64,000 nucleotides of DNA from the NCBI GenBank assembly GCA_963809485.1, contig CAWEJX010000001.1:352001-416000 (forward strand), given 5' to 3'. Source of the stretch: an uncultured Acidobacteriota bacterium. GTDB lineage: Bacteria > Acidobacteriota > UBA6911. The notes under the pieces are model-generated. The model saw nothing but the letters and a program-made list of their open reading frames with translations. It ran no database searches and had not been told where the DNA came from. The position numbers and the translations under genes are program-made. This document shows, in pieces, positions 20,323 to 29,969 of the stretch. How positions within the stretch are numbered: the first letter of the stretch is position 1; the number at the start of each line of letters is the position of its first letter.

Positions 20323-21018
20323 ATGGCAAAGGGCCGGGTTCTGGTTATCGACGATGAGAAAGACCTGATCGAGCTGGTGCGCTATAACCTCGAGAAGGAA
20401 GGATTTCAGGTAAAAAGCGCAAAGGATGGCGAACGGGGTTTGGCCGCCGCCCTGCAGGAACTGCCGGATATCATTCTCATCGACCTGATGCTGCCCGGCA
20501 TCGACGGGCTTGATGTCTGCCGCTCCTTGCGCACCCACAGCCGGACGGCGCGCATTCCCGTCATTATGCTGACGGCCAAATCCGAGGAATCGGATCGTGT
20601 GCTGGGGCTCGAGTTGGGAGCGGACGACTACGTCACGAAGCCGTTCAGCCCCCGCGAGCTGATCGCCAGAATCAAGGCGGTGCTGAGGCGTACTTCAACG
20701 CCGCAAGCTCCTTCGGATGTGATCCGGCGCGGCGGGTTGATCATCGACCTCATGCGGCGCGAGGTAACCTGCGGGGGAGAGCCTATCCTCCTGACTGCCA
20801 CGGAATTCCGCCTGCTGCAGTTCCTGGCCGATCATCCCGGACGTGTATTCTCGCGCTCCCAGTTGATTGATGGTGCCTTGGGAAGGGATGTTTCGGTCGT
20901 GGACCGCACCATCGACGTTCACATCACAGGACTGCGGAAAAAGCTCGCCGCCTGCGGCGAGTGGATCGAAACCGTCCGCGGCTTTGGATACCGCTTCAGA
21001 GAACAGGCCGGGTCCTGA
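20323..21018 (+). CDS. phoB: OmpR/PhoB-family response regulator (PhoB paralog 1)
   Basis: VLVIDDE, DLMLPGIDG, GLELGADDYVTKPFSPREL, DRTIDVHI, IETVRGFGY; pho context. Confidence 0.88.
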   Translation: MAKGRVLVIDDEKDLIELVRYNLEKEGFQVKSAKDGERGLAAALQELPDIILIDLMLPGIDGLDVCRSLRTHSRTARIPVIMLTAKSEESDRVLGLELGADDYVTKPFSPRELIARIKAVLRRTSTPQAPSDVIRRGGLIIDLMRREVTCGGEPILLTATEFRLLQFLADHPGRVFSRSQLIDGALGRDVSVVDRTIDVHITGLRKKLAACGEWIETVRGFGYRFREQAGS

Positions 21019-21042
21019 AAGCATCGATTTTGCGGTCGCTGT

Positions 21043-22800
21043 CTATTGGCTGTTCAGAGGCAGGTGCACGTAAAAGGTAGAACCCTTCCCCACTTCGCTT
21101 TCCACCCGTATGCGGCCGCCATGGGCTTCCACAAGATGCTTGACAATTGACAAGCCCAGGCCCGTTCCTCCCGATTCCCGCGACCTCGCGGCATCTGCGC
21201 GATAAAACCTTTCAAAAATTCTATCCTGGTCTGCCTTTGGAATCCCGATACCCGTGTCCGCCACGGACAGAACCATTTCCGAACCCTCAACGGCTGCCTT
21301 CACCTGAATGCTTCCTCCCGCAGCAGTGTACCGTAAAGCGTTACCCAGAAGGTTCTGGAGGATCTCCTGAAAGGATCGCAGGTCGCCGGACAGCAAGGGC
21401 AGATCGGCGCTGTATTCCGCCTCCAGCAAAAGCTGCTTCTGCCGGGCCTCTATCCGCGCTACATCCATGCAGGGATCGATGATTTGTGAAACCGCGACGG
21501 GCTGCTTTTCACAATGCATTTGCCCCGCCTCGATTTGAGCCAGCTTCAGCAGGTCGTCGGTCAGTCGTCCCAGCCGCAGGGTGTGTTCGCGCATAATCTC
21601 CAAAAAACGCCTGCGGTTATGAGCATCCTCGAGTGCGCCTCCGAGCAGAGTCTCCGCAAACCCCTGGATTGCCGTAAGCGGAGTTTTGAATTCGTGCGAA
21701 ATGTTGGCGATGAAATCGCGGCGCGCCCGTTCCAGTCTTCGCATTTCCGTAATATCGTGAAGCACCATGACTGCGCCCTTCGTGGCCCCTTCGGAGCGTA
21801 TCGGCGCCGATGTGACGGCATAGCTGCGTGTCCGGATGGATCCGACGGTCACTTCCCCGCGAAGAGTTTCCCCGCCGGTCAGAGCCTTCAGAATGAAGGA
21901 GAGAAGGTCCGAATGACGGACGAGTTCCACTACGGGGCGCCCCTCGCAGGATATGTTCGGAATGCCTGCCGACTGGCGGAAAGCCCCATTGCAGTAAATG
22001 AGCCGGTTGTCTCCACCGATGACCGCAACTCCCTCTTCCATGCTGGCGAGAATCGCGGAAGACTGGTTCCTTTCCTCCGTCAGGGTTCTTATCGTGTGAT
22101 CCAGCTTCTGTGCCGTTTGATTGAGGGCGCTGGACAATTCGGCCAGCTCATCTCTGCGGCGGTCCATCGGCAGCAGCCGGAAATCGCCCTCTGCAACACG
22201 ACGCGAAAACTCCATAAGGCGTCCAATGCGTGCGGAAAAAGACCGGAAAAACAGCAGCGAAGCGCCTCCCGTCACGACCAGGATCAAAAAGGACATTGCC
22301 CAGAGACGGCTGCGAAACTCTTTGACTGCCTTTTCAAGCCGCTCGAGGGGCAACGACAGTCTAAGCACCAATGGTTGCCCATCATACGCCTGATATCGCT
22401 TTGCGAGATACACAAGGTCGTGCCGGAGCGTAGGGCTGCGCCGGACGGCGCGCCCGGAACTCTTTTCAAGCGCCTCCCTAATTTCCGGACGCGCCAGGTG
22501 GTTTTCCATTTTCGCCGGATCCTCCCCCGAATCCGCCAGCACCTTGCCGTTGCCCGCTACCAGAGTCATCCGGTCATCACTCCGGCCAAACCAGCCTGCC
22601 CATTCTTTCAGGACCGATTCATCCAAAGAGGCGGGGGGACTTGCCAATGCCAGCCTGGAAAGGGAGTCCAAATGCGAAAAAGCCGCGTCCAGGTGCTCGC
22701 GCCTCAAAGACCGGACCACATAGGCGTCCAGAGCGAAGATGGCCAGCAGCAGAAGAAGCAGGTAAAGCAGTCCTATTTTCCAGAAAAGCCTGTTTTTCAT
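21043..22800 (-). CDS. phoR: Phosphate regulon sensor histidine kinase
   Basis: Two TMs, periplasmic ENHLARPEI motif, HAMP, PAS, H-box DFIANISHEFKTPLTAI, IFERFYRAD, GGTGLGLSIVKH. Confidence 0.92.
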   Translation of the reverse strand: MKNRLFWKIGLLYLLLLLLAIFALDAYVVRSLRREHLDAAFSHLDSLSRLALASPPASLDESVLKEWAGWFGRSDDRMTLVAGNGKVLADSGEDPAKMENHLARPEIREALEKSSGRAVRRSPTLRHDLVYLAKRYQAYDGQPLVLRLSLPLERLEKAVKEFRSRLWAMSFLILVVTGGASLLFFRSFSARIGRLMEFSRRVAEGDFRLLPMDRRRDELAELSSALNQTAQKLDHTIRTLTEERNQSSAILASMEEGVAVIGGDNRLIYCNGAFRQSAGIPNISCEGRPVVELVRHSDLLSFILKALTGGETLRGEVTVGSIRTRSYAVTSAPIRSEGATKGAVMVLHDITEMRRLERARRDFIANISHEFKTPLTAIQGFAETLLGGALEDAHNRRRFLEIMREHTLRLGRLTDDLLKLAQIEAGQMHCEKQPVAVSQIIDPCMDVARIEARQKQLLLEAEYSADLPLLSGDLRSFQEILQNLLGNALRYTAAGGSIQVKAAVEGSEMVLSVADTGIGIPKADQDRIFERFYRADAARSRESGGTGLGLSIVKHLVEAHGGRIRVESEVGKGSTFYVHLPLNSQ

Positions 22801-22919
22801 TTAGGTGCAATTCTCCCGAATATAGGGTCTACGCCGAATTGAAACCCGGCCTCCGGTCCTGCCTTGTGTCAATTCCTGGTTTGCTTCCTACTCTTGAAAA
22901 TTCCGCATCCTGGCAAGAG

Positions 22920-23840
22920 CTAGCAATGCTTGATTACGGCGAGAGTAAGATCATCCGTCTGTTCGGCCTTTGAGCGCCGGTCCCGCAGGATCGCAGAGCA
23001 GATATCCCTGGCGCTCGCATCCTTTGCGCCGGATACAGCCCGTTCAAGGTGTTTCTGAGTATAGGATGAAAAAGGATCCAGCAGGCCATCCGTATATAGC
23101 AGCAACACATCTCCCTGCCCCATCAGGTTGAGTTCATTGACAGTGTATCGCTTTTTGTAGCCGAGGGGCCTCTCATAGTGGCTGGCGTCGGCCTGATCCT
23201 CGCTGGGCTGGAGCCCTATGGGCGGGTAGCTGATGAGCCTGTCCTGGCTTATCTCCACAAAACAATCGTATGCCCTGGAGAAAACCAGCGGCGGCGGATG
23301 TCCCGCACTCACAAACCGGAAACGGCCCGTGTGCGAAATCTCCCCGTAGATCAAAGTGATGAAAGTGTTGGCATCCGGTGTGGCTGCGAGGTTGCGCAGC
23401 GTCGATGACTTTAAAAAGCGCGTGTTTACCTGCTCGAAAAGACGCGTCGTAACCTCCCCATTCAAATCCATCTCATACAGGGCGGCAGTATGGAAAACCT
23501 GGTGCAGCATGAGAGCCCGGATCGCATCGGCAAAAGCGTGCCCGGCGACATCGGCGACCAGGACTCCCCCGCTGCGTTTGAGCCTCTGAAGAGACTTCAC
23601 GACTCCATCCTGTCCCTGTGAAGCGGCAACCCGGATCCGCGCATCCAGATCGAACCGTTCCCGGAAATTCATGTAGGTGATCAGATCCCCGCCCGCGATG
23701 CCGTTAAAGGGTATGGTCATGCCGTAGATGTCCGTGCCGGGGATTTTGGGTATAGCACCGGGCGCCGGCATAAGACGCTGCGACATGTATCGGGCGCCTT
23801 TCCGCAGTTCTTCATCAATAGAAATGTTGGAGTGCTCCAT
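22920..23840 (-). CDS. Stand-alone PP2C/SpoIIE (RsbU-like) Ser/Thr phosphatase
   Basis: GGDL, VADVAGH, SAGHPPP, GDVLLLYTDGL, DDLTLAVI motifs. Confidence 0.88.
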   Translation of the reverse strand: MEHSNISIDEELRKGARYMSQRLMPAPGAIPKIPGTDIYGMTIPFNGIAGGDLITYMNFRERFDLDARIRVAASQGQDGVVKSLQRLKRSGGVLVADVAGHAFADAIRALMLHQVFHTAALYEMDLNGEVTTRLFEQVNTRFLKSSTLRNLAATPDANTFITLIYGEISHTGRFRFVSAGHPPPLVFSRAYDCFVEISQDRLISYPPIGLQPSEDQADASHYERPLGYKKRYTVNELNLMGQGDVLLLYTDGLLDPFSSYTQKHLERAVSGAKDASARDICSAILRDRRSKAEQTDDLTLAVIKHC

Positions 23841-23965
23841 CCCCTTGCCCAATCTTCTGTGACCATGGGCGCTGCCGGAAGATTGGCCGCGCGGGAATTC
23901 GACCTATGCCCGCGCGCGGCGCCTCCGTCCGCCCTAAAGAAAACCCGGATCCGGCCTCCAATATA

Positions 23966-24673
23966 TCAGGATCTTTGCGGCGGAGGAAACTCTTCACGAA
24001 ATTTATAGCCGAAACCACGGACGGTCTCGATCCAGCCGCCGCATTTGCCCAGTTTTCTCCGCAGCGACATTATGTGAACGTCCATGGTCCTTTCCAGAAC
24101 GGTGACATCCGTCCCCAGAGCGCCGTCCATCATGGCGTTTCGCGAATAAACATACCCGGGGTGCGAGGCAAGGAAGTGCAGGAGACGATATTCGGTGGCG
24201 GTCAGGTCCACAGCCCTGCCGCTGCAGAAAACCTCGTGGCTGGCTGGATCCAGGGAAAGGTTCCCCCGTTTAACGATGGCCGGCTGTTTCCGCAAGTCCG
24301 ACGAGCGCCGTAGTAATGCCTTGATCCTCGCAGTCAACTCCCGCGGGCTGAAAGGCTTTGTCACATAGTCATCCGCTCCGAGCTCCAAGCCCACGACCCG
24401 GTCCGATTCGCCGGTTTTGGCCGTCAGTATTATTGTCGGGATGTGGGATATTCTGACGTCCGCCCTCAGCAGACGGCAAACCTCGAATCCGTCTATACCC
24501 GGAAGCATCAGATCAACGACTATGACATCGGGCTTTTTGCCGGCAGCCATGGACAAACCCGTCTCCCCGTCGCCGGCGCCGATGACCTCGAAGCCCTCTT
24601 TCTCGAGATTGTACCGGACGAGCTCGATAATATCCGCTTCGTCGTCGATTACGAGCACGATTCCTTTGGGCAT
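23966..24673 (-). CDS. phoB: OmpR/PhoB-family response regulator (PhoB paralog 2)
   Basis: VLVIDDEADIIELVRYNLEKEGF, GLELGADDYVTKPFSPREL, IETVRGFGY; directly downstream of phoU. Confidence 0.9.
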   Translation of the reverse strand: MPKGIVLVIDDEADIIELVRYNLEKEGFEVIGAGDGETGLSMAAGKKPDVIVVDLMLPGIDGFEVCRLLRADVRISHIPTIILTAKTGESDRVVGLELGADDYVTKPFSPRELTARIKALLRRSSDLRKQPAIVKRGNLSLDPASHEVFCSGRAVDLTATEYRLLHFLASHPGYVYSRNAMMDGALGTDVTVLERTMDVHIMSLRRKLGKCGGWIETVRGFGYKFREEFPPPQRS

Positions 24674-24683
24674 AACGAAATAT

Positions 24684-25361
24684 TCAGGACCGGGAGGTCC
24701 GCTCGCTGCTTTCATGTTTGTGGCGCACTTCGCGGCCTTCGACCAGGTAAATCACTTCTTCTGCGATATTCGTTGCGTGATCTCCCACGCGCTCCAGGTT
24801 TCGCGAAATCAGGATCAAAGCCAGGGCGCGCTGGATCGTTCCGGGATCGGCCATCATGTAGGTCAGCAGAACGCGAAAAATCTGATCGCGATATGCATCG
24901 ACCTTTTTTTCCTCCTCCAAAACCCTGTTGGCCAGCGTGCAGTCTCTCGCGACCAGCGCCTCGAGGCTGTCGCGCACCATCCGCTCGGCGATCTCCCCCA
25001 TAACCGGCAGATCGACGAAAGGCTTCAAGGGGGGCGCGTTGATCACGTGATGGGCATTTTCGACGATGTTGACCGCCTGGTCGGCGATCCTTTCCAGTTC
25101 CGTGGCAATGCGTGAGGCCATAAAAAGGAACCGCACATCCGTGCCGACAGGCTGCTGCAGGGCCGTCAGCTTTACGGCACTGTCGTCGATTTCAATCTGG
25201 AGTTCATTCACTTCACTCTCCTTGCGGTTCACCTCGTCTGCGAGCGACGCGTTGCGCTCGATCAGGATCCGGAGCGCGGTCTGAACCATCGATTCCGCCA
25301 GCCGTCCCATAAGGAGAAGTTTGTCGAGCAGTTCCTGGATCAATTCGTCAAAGTGGCGCAT
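24684..25361 (-). CDS. phoU: Phosphate signalling protein PhoU (copy 2)
   Basis: ALQQPVGTDVR, LERIADQAVNI, LERVGDHATNIAEEV. Confidence 0.95.
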   Translation of the reverse strand: MRHFDELIQELLDKLLLMGRLAESMVQTALRILIERNASLADEVNRKESEVNELQIEIDDSAVKLTALQQPVGTDVRFLFMASRIATELERIADQAVNIVENAHHVINAPPLKPFVDLPVMGEIAERMVRDSLEALVARDCTLANRVLEEEKKVDAYRDQIFRVLLTYMMADPGTIQRALALILISRNLERVGDHATNIAEEVIYLVEGREVRHKHESSERTSRS

Positions 25362-26137
25362 TAGCCGAACCTCCCTGATATATATTGCTCCGTCCTCGGA
25401 TCAGACGGCTTGGTGAAGATGGTCCGGGTCTCCCCATCCTCGACAAGTTCGCCCAGCAGCATGAAGGCCGTGTCGTCGGAGATTCTGGCGGCCTGCTGCA
25501 TGTTGTGCGTGACAATCACAATCGTGTAGTTTGCCTTGAGCTCCAGCATCAGCTCCTCGATCCTTGCCGTGGCGATCGGGTCAAGAGCGGAAGCGGGTTC
25601 GTCCATCAGGAGGACTTCCGGTTCCACCGCGAGCAGCCTTGAGATGCAGATACGCTGCTGCTGCTCCGGGGACAGCGATAGAGCCGACGTCCCCAAACGG
25701 TCCTTCAACGTGTCCCACAGACCGACCGAGCGCAGGCTGTGCTCCACGCGGCCCGCCAGCTCTTCCCCTTTGACCATGTTGTGGATCTTCGGCCCATAGG
25801 CGACATTTTCAAACACGGAGAGAGGGAAAGGATTGGGGCGCTGGAAAACCATTCCGACTCGTTTCCTCAGCTGCCTTAAATCGATGTCGCCGGCATAAAT
25901 GGATTTGCTGTCGAGGAGGACATCTCCCGAAACCCTCACCTTCGGAATGGTTTCATTCATGCGGTTGATGACTCTTAACAGCGTCGATTTTCCGCAACCG
26001 GAAGGGCCGATGATGGCGGTGATAGCCCTGGGACGAATGGAAATGGTGACATTGATCAAGGCGTGAAACTGGTCGTACCAGAGATTCAACGATCGGGCTT
26101 CAATTTTGGTTTCGCGGACATCCGTAATATTTACCAT
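25361..26137 (-). CDS. pstB: Phosphate ABC transporter ATP-binding protein
   Basis: [37 protein letters not shown]; signature motif degenerate (LSPEQQQR). Confidence 0.93.
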   Translation of the reverse strand: MVNITDVRETKIEARSLNLWYDQFHALINVTISIRPRAITAIIGPSGCGKSTLLRVINRMNETIPKVRVSGDVLLDSKSIYAGDIDLRQLRKRVGMVFQRPNPFPLSVFENVAYGPKIHNMVKGEELAGRVEHSLRSVGLWDTLKDRLGTSALSLSPEQQQRICISRLLAVEPEVLLMDEPASALDPIATARIEELMLELKANYTIVIVTHNMQQAARISDDTAFMLLGELVEDGETRTIFTKPSDPRTEQYISGRFG

Positions 26138-26140
26138 AAT

Positions 26141-26932
26141 CTACCCGAATCTTCCGGAAATATAGTCCGCGGTCCGCGGGTCCCTGGGCGTCGTAAACAG
26201 TATTTCAATCGGCTCCAGCTCGATAAGCTCCCCAAAGAAGAAGAAAGCCGTACGGTCCGAAGCTCGTGCCGCCTGTTTGACATTGTTGGTGACGAGGATG
26301 ATGGCAAGATCGGTCTTCAATTGGCGGAGAGCCTCCTCAATTCTTGCCGTGGAAATCGGGTCCAGTCCGGAGCACGGTTCGTCGAGCAGCAAAACCCTGG
26401 GTTCCAGGGCGAGAGTGCGTGCCAGACAGAGGCGCTGCTGCTGCCCGCCCGAGAGGTTGCGGGCAGGCTCGTTCAAACGGTCTTTCATCTCATCCCAAAG
26501 GTAGGCGGCGCGCAGCGCCTTCTCGACGCGATCATCGTAGCGGTCCCGCGACCCCGAATTGAGCCGAAGGCCGAAGGTCAGGTTTTCGTATACCGTCATC
26601 GGCAACGGAATCGGAACGGAGAACACCATTCCCACCTGGCGGCGGAGCATGGCCACATTGCTGTCGTACACAGAACGGCCGTCGAGCAAAATCCTCCCTG
26701 AAACTTCAAGATCCACATCGAGTTCCGTCATCCGGTTAAGGCAGCGCAGGAAAGTGGTTTTGCCTGCCCCGGCAGGCCCGATGATGGAGAGTATTTGCCC
26801 GCGGGGGGCCTCCAGGCTGATCCCTTTAAGTATCTCCACGCCTGCCGTCGAGACCCGCAGATTATCGGTTTTTATCCGGATATCGTTGGAAACTCCCGGA
26901 TTTTCGCTGGCCCCGCTTTGTCTACCGTCCAT
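26141..26932 (-). CDS. pstB: Phosphate ABC transporter ATP-binding protein (second subunit)
   Basis: GPAGAGKTT, LSGGQQQRL, DEPCSGLDPIST, YISGRFG; H-loop reads VTNN. Confidence 0.92.
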   Translation of the reverse strand: MDGRQSGASENPGVSNDIRIKTDNLRVSTAGVEILKGISLEAPRGQILSIIGPAGAGKTTFLRCLNRMTELDVDLEVSGRILLDGRSVYDSNVAMLRRQVGMVFSVPIPLPMTVYENLTFGLRLNSGSRDRYDDRVEKALRAAYLWDEMKDRLNEPARNLSGGQQQRLCLARTLALEPRVLLLDEPCSGLDPISTARIEEALRQLKTDLAIILVTNNVKQAARASDRTAFFFFGELIELEPIEILFTTPRDPRTADYISGRFG

Positions 26933-27830
26933 AGCGAAGCCTCTTTCGGATCTGAGCGCGGATGATGAAGGCGCTGAAGTTCAGCAGAAACGTCAGGGAT
27001 AGCAGGACAAGGACCGTTGCATAGAGAAGGGGCTTGGTCGCTTCGACATCCGGAGATTGCGTCGTCATAACGTAAACGTGATAGCCAAGCTCCATGAACT
27101 GATCGCTCAGCTTGCCCGGCAGTTCGGGAAGAAAGTAGGCCGCTCCCGTAAACATGACCGGAGCCACTTCACCGGAACCGCGGCTCACGGCAAGAATCCC
27201 TCCGGTGAGAATACCCCCGACGGCCTGCGGAAGGACCACGCGCCGGATCATCTGCCACCGGGTCGCACCCAGGGAATAGGCAACTTCGCGATAGCTCTGC
27301 GGAATTGCCCGAAGGGCTTCCTCGGTCGCCACGACCACCGTCGGCATTGTAAGGAGGGCGAGTGTCAGTGAAGCCCATATAATCGCGGGCTGGCCGTAAA
27401 CAAGTTTTCCGCCATATAAAGCGTGGTCAATCCCCCGGCCGACGAATTCGATGAAGAATCCCAGCCCGAAAAGGCCGAAAACAATCGCGGGCACGCCGGC
27501 AAGATTCTGAATGGCCAGGCGGACCAGCTGGACCGTGCGGGAACGCTTGGACGCATATTCATGCATGTAAATGGCCGTGGCCACGCCCAGAGGGATAACG
27601 GCAACCGTCATCAGGACAACGAGGGCAAAGGTGCCGAAGATGGCCGGGAAGATCCCGCCCCCGGTCATGCCCATTTCGGGAGCCCGGATCAGGAATTCGA
27701 GCGATATGGAACCTGCGCCATGAAGAAGGATATCCCCAAGGATGATGGCGAGCATCGCGATGATAATCAGGCAGGCGAGGATGCAGATGAACTGGAAGAT
27801 GCCGCCGACAACTTTTGCCCGCTCGAGCAT
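26922..27830 (-). CDS. pstA: Phosphate ABC transporter permease PstA
   Basis: GGIFPAIFGT, NLAGVPAIVFGLFG, RGSGEVAPV; likely ATG at 27830. Confidence 0.93.
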   Translation of the reverse strand: MLERAKVVGGIFQFICILACLIIIAMLAIILGDILLHGAGSISLEFLIRAPEMGMTGGGIFPAIFGTFALVVLMTVAVIPLGVATAIYMHEYASKRSRTVQLVRLAIQNLAGVPAIVFGLFGLGFFIEFVGRGIDHALYGGKLVYGQPAIIWASLTLALLTMPTVVVATEEALRAIPQSYREVAYSLGATRWQMIRRVVLPQAVGGILTGGILAVSRGSGEVAPVMFTGAAYFLPELPGKLSDQFMELGYHVYVMTTQSPDVEATKPLLYATVLVLLSLTFLLNFSAFIIRAQIRKRLRYGR

Positions 27831-27835
27831 AGGAT

Positions 27836-28801
27836 TTACGAAGCTCCCTGAAGCCTTTTCTGAAGCCGGCCCACCCACCAGTGGCCGAACAGATTGATCC
27901 CGAAAGTGATAAGAAACAGGAACGCGCCTACGAAGAACAGCACGTGATAATGCGCGCTCCCCACCACCACTTCTCCCAGCTCCGCCGCGATAGTCGCCGA
28001 AAACGTGCGGATGGAATCCGTGGGGGACAGAGAGAGAATGGCGGCGTTGCCCGACGCCATGAGAACAATCATCGTTTCTCCGATGGCGCGGCCGAAGCCC
28101 AGAACGCATGCGGCCAGCACGCCGGGCATCGCGGCGGGCAGGACCACGCGGGAGGCCGTTTGCCAGGATGAAGCGCCCATGGCAATCGAGCCGTCGCGGT
28201 AGGTCTGGGGAACCGAGGAGAAGGCGTCTTCACATACGGTATATACGATGGGAATCACAGCCAGGCTCAGCCCGATTCCCGCTGTCACGGCGTTCAGGCG
28301 GAAGGTCCAGCCAAAAATACTGTGAAGCCAGCCGGCCAATACCATGAGGCAGAAAAAGCCCACTACCACACTTGGGATCCCGGCCAGGATCTCAATGGCC
28401 GGTTTGACGGTCTCACGGGCCCAGGGCGGCGCAAACTCCGCGGTGTAGAGTGCGGCAAGGACGGCAAGGGGAATCGCTATCAGAGTGGCAATAATCGTCA
28501 CCTTCAGTGTTCCCGCCAGCAAGGGCAGCAGCGAGTATTTGGGAATCTCCGATATGGGTTGCCACGTGTATTCGGGCGCGGCGCCTTCACGCGCCGGCTG
28601 AGGAAGGAAGAGTCTCCCGAGGCCCGCCTCCTCCCCTATTTCGGCCGAAGTGAATATGGGGAGCGCCTCTTTGCCGATAAAGATGAAAATTAGAATAAGA
28701 GAAATAATCGCCAGGAAGGCGCTGCCGGTTATCGCCAGTCTCGCGATACGGTCGCTCAGAGCCCCGGAGGTTCGTGATTCAGACGACGAAAACATCATCA
28801 T
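27836..28801 (-). CDS. pstC: Phosphate ABC transporter permease PstC
   Basis: KPAIEILAGIPSVVVGFF, GRAIGETMIVLMASGNA. Confidence 0.95.
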   Translation of the reverse strand: MMMFSSSESRTSGALSDRIARLAITGSAFLAIISLILIFIFIGKEALPIFTSAEIGEEAGLGRLFLPQPAREGAAPEYTWQPISEIPKYSLLPLLAGTLKVTIIATLIAIPLAVLAALYTAEFAPPWARETVKPAIEILAGIPSVVVGFFCLMVLAGWLHSIFGWTFRLNAVTAGIGLSLAVIPIVYTVCEDAFSSVPQTYRDGSIAMGASSWQTASRVVLPAAMPGVLAACVLGFGRAIGETMIVLMASGNAAILSLSPTDSIRTFSATIAAELGEVVVGSAHYHVLFFVGAFLFLITFGINLFGHWWVGRLQKRLQGAS

Positions 28802-29652
28802 TTCTGCACCAGGGGATAGTAGCCGACCTTTTCACATATTTTTTGTCCCTCGGGGCTCAGCACCCAGTCAATAAAAGCCTCTATTTCACCCGTGGGGGCT
28901 CCCACAGTGTAAAAGAACAGCTGTCTCGACAGAGGATATTCGCCGCTGTCAACCGTCTCCATGGAAGGCTTAACTCCCGAAGAGGATTCATCGCCTCGGA
29001 TGGCGAGGGGCCTGATTCCGGAGGCATAGGCAATGCCCCCATAACCGATGGAAGCAGGATCTTTGGAGACCGCATTGACGATCGCCGCGGTTCCTGGCAA
29101 AGTCTGCACTTCACGGGCAAAGTCCTCGTTGTTAAGAACATGTTCCTTAAAGAATACGTAGGTGCCGGAGTTGTTTTCCCGGCTGTAGGCTACAATCCTC
29201 TGGTCCTTTCCGCCGACATCGCGCCAATTATTGATAGTTCCCGTATAAATGGATTTAAGCTGGGCCATGGTTAGGGACTCGATCGGGGAGGCCTGCGGCA
29301 CATAGATCGCGATTCCATCCAGGGCCACGGGTATTTCGGTCACATCCTTCCCGTGGCGCTTTTGAACCATTTCCTTTTCCTTGTCTTTCATGGGCCTTGA
29401 AGCTTCGCATATGTCCGTACCTCCGTTGATCAGGGCTGCAATTCCGGTCCCGGAACCTCCGCCAGTGACCTGAACTCGCTTGTCCGTGTGGATCTTCATG
29501 TAGGTTTCAGCCCATCGCTGGCCCAGAATGACCATGGTATCCGAGCCTTTGATGGTAATGGACCTGGCCCCAGGCCGGGAATCGCCTCCGCCTCCGCATC
29601 CATAGATTGTCATGGCAAATATAAGGATCAGCGCATACGCCGTGGCTTTCAT
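28798..29652 (-). CDS. pstS: Phosphate ABC transporter substrate-binding lipoprotein
   Basis: AGGAGG RBS; lipobox-like IYGC; IKGSDTM, GGGSGTGIAALING, RENNSGTY. Confidence 0.95.
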   Translation of the reverse strand: MKATAYALILIFAMTIYGCGGGGDSRPGARSITIKGSDTMVILGQRWAETYMKIHTDKRVQVTGGGSGTGIAALINGGTDICEASRPMKDKEKEMVQKRHGKDVTEIPVALDGIAIYVPQASPIESLTMAQLKSIYTGTINNWRDVGGKDQRIVAYSRENNSGTYVFFKEHVLNNEDFAREVQTLPGTAAIVNAVSKDPASIGYGGIAYASGIRPLAIRGDESSSGVKPSMETVDSGEYPLSRQLFFYTVGAPTGEIEAFIDWVLSPEGQKICEKVGYYPLVQK

Positions 29653-29696
29653 TGTTCCTCCTAAATATAATCTGGCTAAATGTTTACAGAACGAAT

Positions 29697-29734
29697 ATGA
29701 AAATCCGACGAGGATTTCGTTAAGATTTGGTTAA
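29697..29734 (-). promoter_or_regulatory. Pho-box-like direct repeats upstream of pst operon 2
   Basis: Minus strand TTAAC-caaatc-TTAAC-gaaatc-CTCGT-cggatt-TTCAT, 11-bp period. Confidence 0.7.
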
Positions 29735-29835
29735 GATCCGCGGAGCCGGCAGGAAGATTCCGAACCAGTTTTTTCCATTTTTTGAGCATGCGTACTCCGA
29801 ACCCTCTGAATCCTTCATAAATCTACCGGCCGAGG

Positions 29836-29863
29836 TTGACAATAAAAAGTTCGCTCTTATACT
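29836..29863 (+). promoter_or_regulatory. Sigma70 promoter of groESL
   Basis: TTGACA-16 nt-TATACT immediately upstream of the CIRCE. Confidence 0.8.
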
Positions 29864-29864
29864 A

Positions 29865-29891
29865 TTGGCACTCGCTTCGGGTGAGTGCCAA
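29865..29891 (+). promoter_or_regulatory. CIRCE element (HrcA operator)
   Basis: TTGGCACTC-N9-GAGTGCCAA perfect inverted repeat upstream of groES (consensus TTAGCACTC-N9-GAGTGCTAA). Confidence 0.92.
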
Positions 29892-29969
29892 GCGAAGCGG
29901 GTATTTTCAACTGATGTTATTTGGGAAGGTCTTATAAGCAATCGCTATAGAGAAGAGAGGAGACCATCT

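Noticed and set aside
21514-22842. 442-aa plus-strand ORF
   Set aside because: Antisense shadow of phoR with no recognisable motifs; typical of GC-rich coding DNA.
29727-29969. N-terminal extension of groES in the ORF track
   Set aside because: The extension spans the promoter and CIRCE; the real start is ATG 29970 with a GAGGAG RBS.
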